Source: an uncultured Nitrospinaceae bacterium (GTDB taxonomy: Bacteria; UBA8248). Taken from it: DNA of 18,737 nucleotides. This document shows, piece after piece, positions 17,504 through 18,737 of the stretch. Under the pieces are notes generated by a model. That model worked only from the letters and a program-made list of their open reading frames with translations. It ran no database searches and was not told the DNA's origin. Made by a program: the position numbers and the translations under genes. The stretch's first letter is position 1; each line of letters begins with the position of its first letter. Where the stretch lies: NCBI GenBank assembly GCA_964005815.1, contig CAXFSR010000055.1, forward strand, positions 1-18,737, read 5' to 3'.

Positions 17504-18559
17504 TTAAAATTTGTAAAAATTTTCATTCGCAAAAACGGTTTTTCTTAGCCTTCTGGTTTTTGAAGTAACAATAGTTTTTGGACCGACCACACAATCTGTA
17601 AGTATTAGATCATTTTCCACAAAAGAATTCGAGAAAATAATAGACCCAATTGACTTAGAACCTTTTGACAAACAAGAACCAGACATGAGAATAGAATTTC
17701 GTGAAGCTACTGCATCTTTTTCTATTTTTGCCTTTCTGGAAATTAAAACGGGTGGTTCTATAAAACCTGACCCCCAGGAAATTTTTTCTCCTTCAATAAA
17801 AAGAAATTCATCAGTAGGCCAATCAAAATCAGGGATAAAATCACCAGACAATAGATCTCTATTCACTTGAACGAAACGTTCAATCGTTCCTGTATCAGCC
17901 CAATACAATTCGCTAATTATGGCACCAATCCTCTCATCTTCATAGATTAATTTAGGATAAATTTCCTGTGCTATATCACAAAATCTGTTGGAAGGAATAT
18001 GTTTAAAAATTGAAGGAGACATTACGCTAAGTCCTGTAAACATTCCACAAATCATTATTTTATTTTTTTTGTTAGGTGCATAATGTGACAAGAACTTGAT
18101 TAATCTTCCTGAGACATCTACTCCTAAAATACCATAAGAAGTTGCCTCCGGAGAACGTCTAAGTATAAGAGTAGCAAGATAATTTCCTCTACTATGATGT
18201 TCTAACGCTGACATAAAATCGATAGAAGATGGAGCATCACAATTAACAACAAAAAAAGGTTCTTTCTTTTCGCTAAGAAATTCTTCTGCATTCTTTAAAC
18301 ATCCCGCAGTGCCAAGAATCTCTTCTTCAAAAAAATAATTCAACTTTATCCCTTGAAAATCCTCTCCTAAAGTTTTCTTTATCAATTCAGACTTGTAATG
18401 AAGATTAATTCCTACTTCTTTTACTCCACATTTTCGCAACTTATAAAGTGCGAACTCTATTTGTGGCACTCCTCCTAGAGGCATAAGAGCTTTGGGTATT
18501 TCTTTTCCAATCAGACCTAGTCTTTGACCAAATCCTGCCGAGAGAATAAATGCACGCAT
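17504..18559 (-). CDS. Sugar-1-phosphate nucleotidyltransferase (mannose-1-phosphate guanylyltransferase/MurU-like)
   Basis: AFILSAGFGQRL..PKALMP, INLHY, EEEILGTAG, VNCD and WADTGT, plus a short C-terminal beta-helix-like region. Confidence 0.85.
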   Translation of the reverse strand: MRAFILSAGFGQRLGLIGKEIPKALMPLGGVPQIEFALYKLRKCGVKEVGINLHYKSELIKKTLGEDFQGIKLNYFFEEEILGTAGCLKNAEEFLSEKKEPFFVVNCDAPSSIDFMSALEHHSRGNYLATLILRRSPEATSYGILGVDVSGRLIKFLSHYAPNKKNKIMICGMFTGLSVMSPSIFKHIPSNRFCDIAQEIYPKLIYEDERIGAIISELYWADTGTIERFVQVNRDLLSGDFIPDFDWPTDEFLFIEGEKISWGSGFIEPPVLISRKAKIEKDAVASRNSILMSGSCLSKGSKSIGSIIFSNSFVENDLILTDCVVGPKTIVTSKTRRLRKTVFANENFYKF

Positions 18560-18567
18560 AAAATATT

Positions 18568-18737
18568 TTAATTTGAAAAAACTGAATCATTTCTAATGGC
18601 AAGTGCTACATCTTCTGGTCGTATCGGAAGTTGATAAAAACGATGGCCTACAGCATCCGTAACTGCATTAGAAATAGCTGCTAGGGTTGGAACCATGGCA
18701 CTTTCACCAACGCCTTTTGCACCATATGGTCCTGTAG
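18568..18737 (-). CDS. Xanthine dehydrogenase/aldehyde oxidoreductase family molybdopterin-binding subunit, C-terminal fragment
   Basis: Not in the ORF track. Manual translation gives ...TGPYGAKGVGESAMVPTLAAISNAVTDAVGHRFYQLPIRPEDVALAIRNDSVFSN*, containing the GAKGVGE catalytic-Glu motif. It runs off the window end. Confidence 0.9.
   Translation of the reverse strand, partial: TGPYGAKGVGESAMVPTLAAISNAVTDAVGHRFYQLPIRPEDVALAIRNDSVFSN

Noticed and set aside
2227..17870. Short alternative-frame or antisense ORFs in the track (2227-2445, 4455-4706, 4580-4780, 5014-5244, 5154-5342, 7055-7237, 7118-7417, 7989-8216, 8855-9079, 11069-11311, 11437-11625, 13151-13354, 14738-15112, 17685-17870)
   Set aside because: All lie within or across well-supported genes and show no recognisable motifs, so they are treated as shadow ORFs.
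17504..18559. Nucleotidyltransferase as MocA (molybdenum cofactor cytidylyltransferase) because it follows an XDH-family gene
   Set aside because: Its length (351 aa) and motifs (PKALMP, EEEILGTAG, WADTGT, C-terminal beta-helix-like tail) fit sugar-1-phosphate nucleotidyltransferases, not the roughly 200-aa MocA/MobA proteins.
1..18737. CRISPR array, tRNA/rRNA, IS/integrase, prophage or defence genes
   Set aside because: I saw no regularly spaced long repeats, structural RNA signatures or mobile-element proteins. Nearly all of the sequence is accounted for by housekeeping or metabolic CDSs.

Overview
AT-rich (by eye about one-third G+C), densely packed bacterial chromosomal segment from a diderm organism (it carries an outer-membrane beta-barrel gene). 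It has 19 protein-coding genes, two of them truncated by the window edges. I found no rRNA, tRNA, CRISPR array or mobile element. Left, + strand: outer-membrane porin-like beta-barrel (5' truncated) with an intrinsic terminator, then a DsrE/SaoD-like protein, a family III CoA-transferase/AMACR-like enzyme, a VOC-fold protein and DedA. These converge on a - strand run of secreted hypothetical protein, pncA and thrB. Middle: cupin and MFS transporter (+) converge on an Xsc-like ThDP enzyme (-), which is divergent from lexA (+). Right: a tightly spaced - strand cluster of xanthine dehydrogenase-family Mo subunit (3' end only), sugar-phosphate nucleotidyltransferase, GGT-like Ntn-hydrolase, phosphodiester glycosidase, SDR, uvrA and an EamA/DMT transporter. 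The most notable sequence-level signals are (i) four 11-bp-phased TTCG-type direct repeats over the lexA promoter, a candidate direct-repeat SOS operator, (ii) an EamA gene that apparently needs a non-canonical ATT/ATA start codon, and (iii) an orphan SaoD-like DsrE protein next to a CoA-transferase and a VOC protein lacking most metal ligands. All functional calls come from motif recognition only; no database searches were run.
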